Of a DNA stretch of 54,273 bases, positions 54,038 through 54,273 are shown piece after piece; the stretch's first letter is position 1; the number at the start of each line of letters is the position of its first letter. Origin of the DNA: a virus. Its lineage: Duplodnaviria > Caudoviricetes. The notes beneath the pieces were generated by a model, which worked only from the letters and a program-made list of their open reading frames with translations, was not told where the DNA came from and searched no databases. Both the position numbers and the translations under genes were made by a program. The DNA is taken from IMG/VR virus record IMGVR_UViG_3300043431_000269, positions 1 to 54,273 of that record, one strand, 5' to 3'.

Positions 54038-54137
54038 GGCCTCAAACTCCTCTCTCGTGTACGCGCCGTGCGGGTCGATAAACTCGCACCACAGTTGCCA
54101 GTTTCCGGCGTATTCGGAAGCGCGCGACTTGCTGGAA

Positions 54138-54273
54138 GCATCGGCGGCATCGGCGGCATCGGCGGCATCGGCGGCATCGGCGGCATCGGCGGCATCGGCG
54201 GCATCGGCGGCATCGGCGGCATCGGCGGCATCGGCGGCATCGGCGGCATCGGCGGCATCGGCGGCATCGGCGG
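54138..54273 (+). repeat. perfect 9-bp tandem repeat (GCATCGGCG) x ~15, running off the window end
   Basis: directly visible. Confidence 0.95.

Noticed and set aside
54034-54267. MPP-repeat protein
   Set aside because: An open frame created by the 9-bp repeat; no start context visible and it runs off the window

Overview
The window is essentially one GC-rich, lambda-like-head siphovirus genome; a betaproteobacterial host is only a guess. 167-28664 (+) holds packaging, head, lysis and tail genes: terS, GpA-type terL, gpW, a portal with a long C-terminal extension, an inserted fibre/lectin module, holin and SAR endolysin, ClpP-type protease, decoration protein, gpE-type capsid, tail tube, tape measure and tail-tip proteins. 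28670-38523 (-) holds an orphan attP with a tRNA-Glu-like core, a destroyed integrase, xis, and a DUF2800/DUF2815/family-B polymerase/VRR-NUC/SNF2 replication module. 38781-49439 holds accessory genes, a C5 methyltransferase with a nested alternative-frame ORF, a frameshifted repressor, cro, a primase-SF3 helicase and a Mor/C-type activator. 50100-54273 is a repeat-rich early region. The most striking signals are non-coding. (1) A ~72-bp structured repeat occurs four times and brackets single-gene cassettes. (2) A ~370-nt hairpin array with its own sigma70 promoter lies between terL and gpW. (3) A P4 CI-RNA-like seqA/seqB/seqC switch sits ahead of the primase operon. (4) A stand-alone sRNA converges on the repressor gene. 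(5) A 4-copy late promoter motif and a 7-copy palindromic operator are dispersed through the genome. Lysogeny functions look eroded. All family calls come from motif recognition by eye; no searches or folding programs were run.
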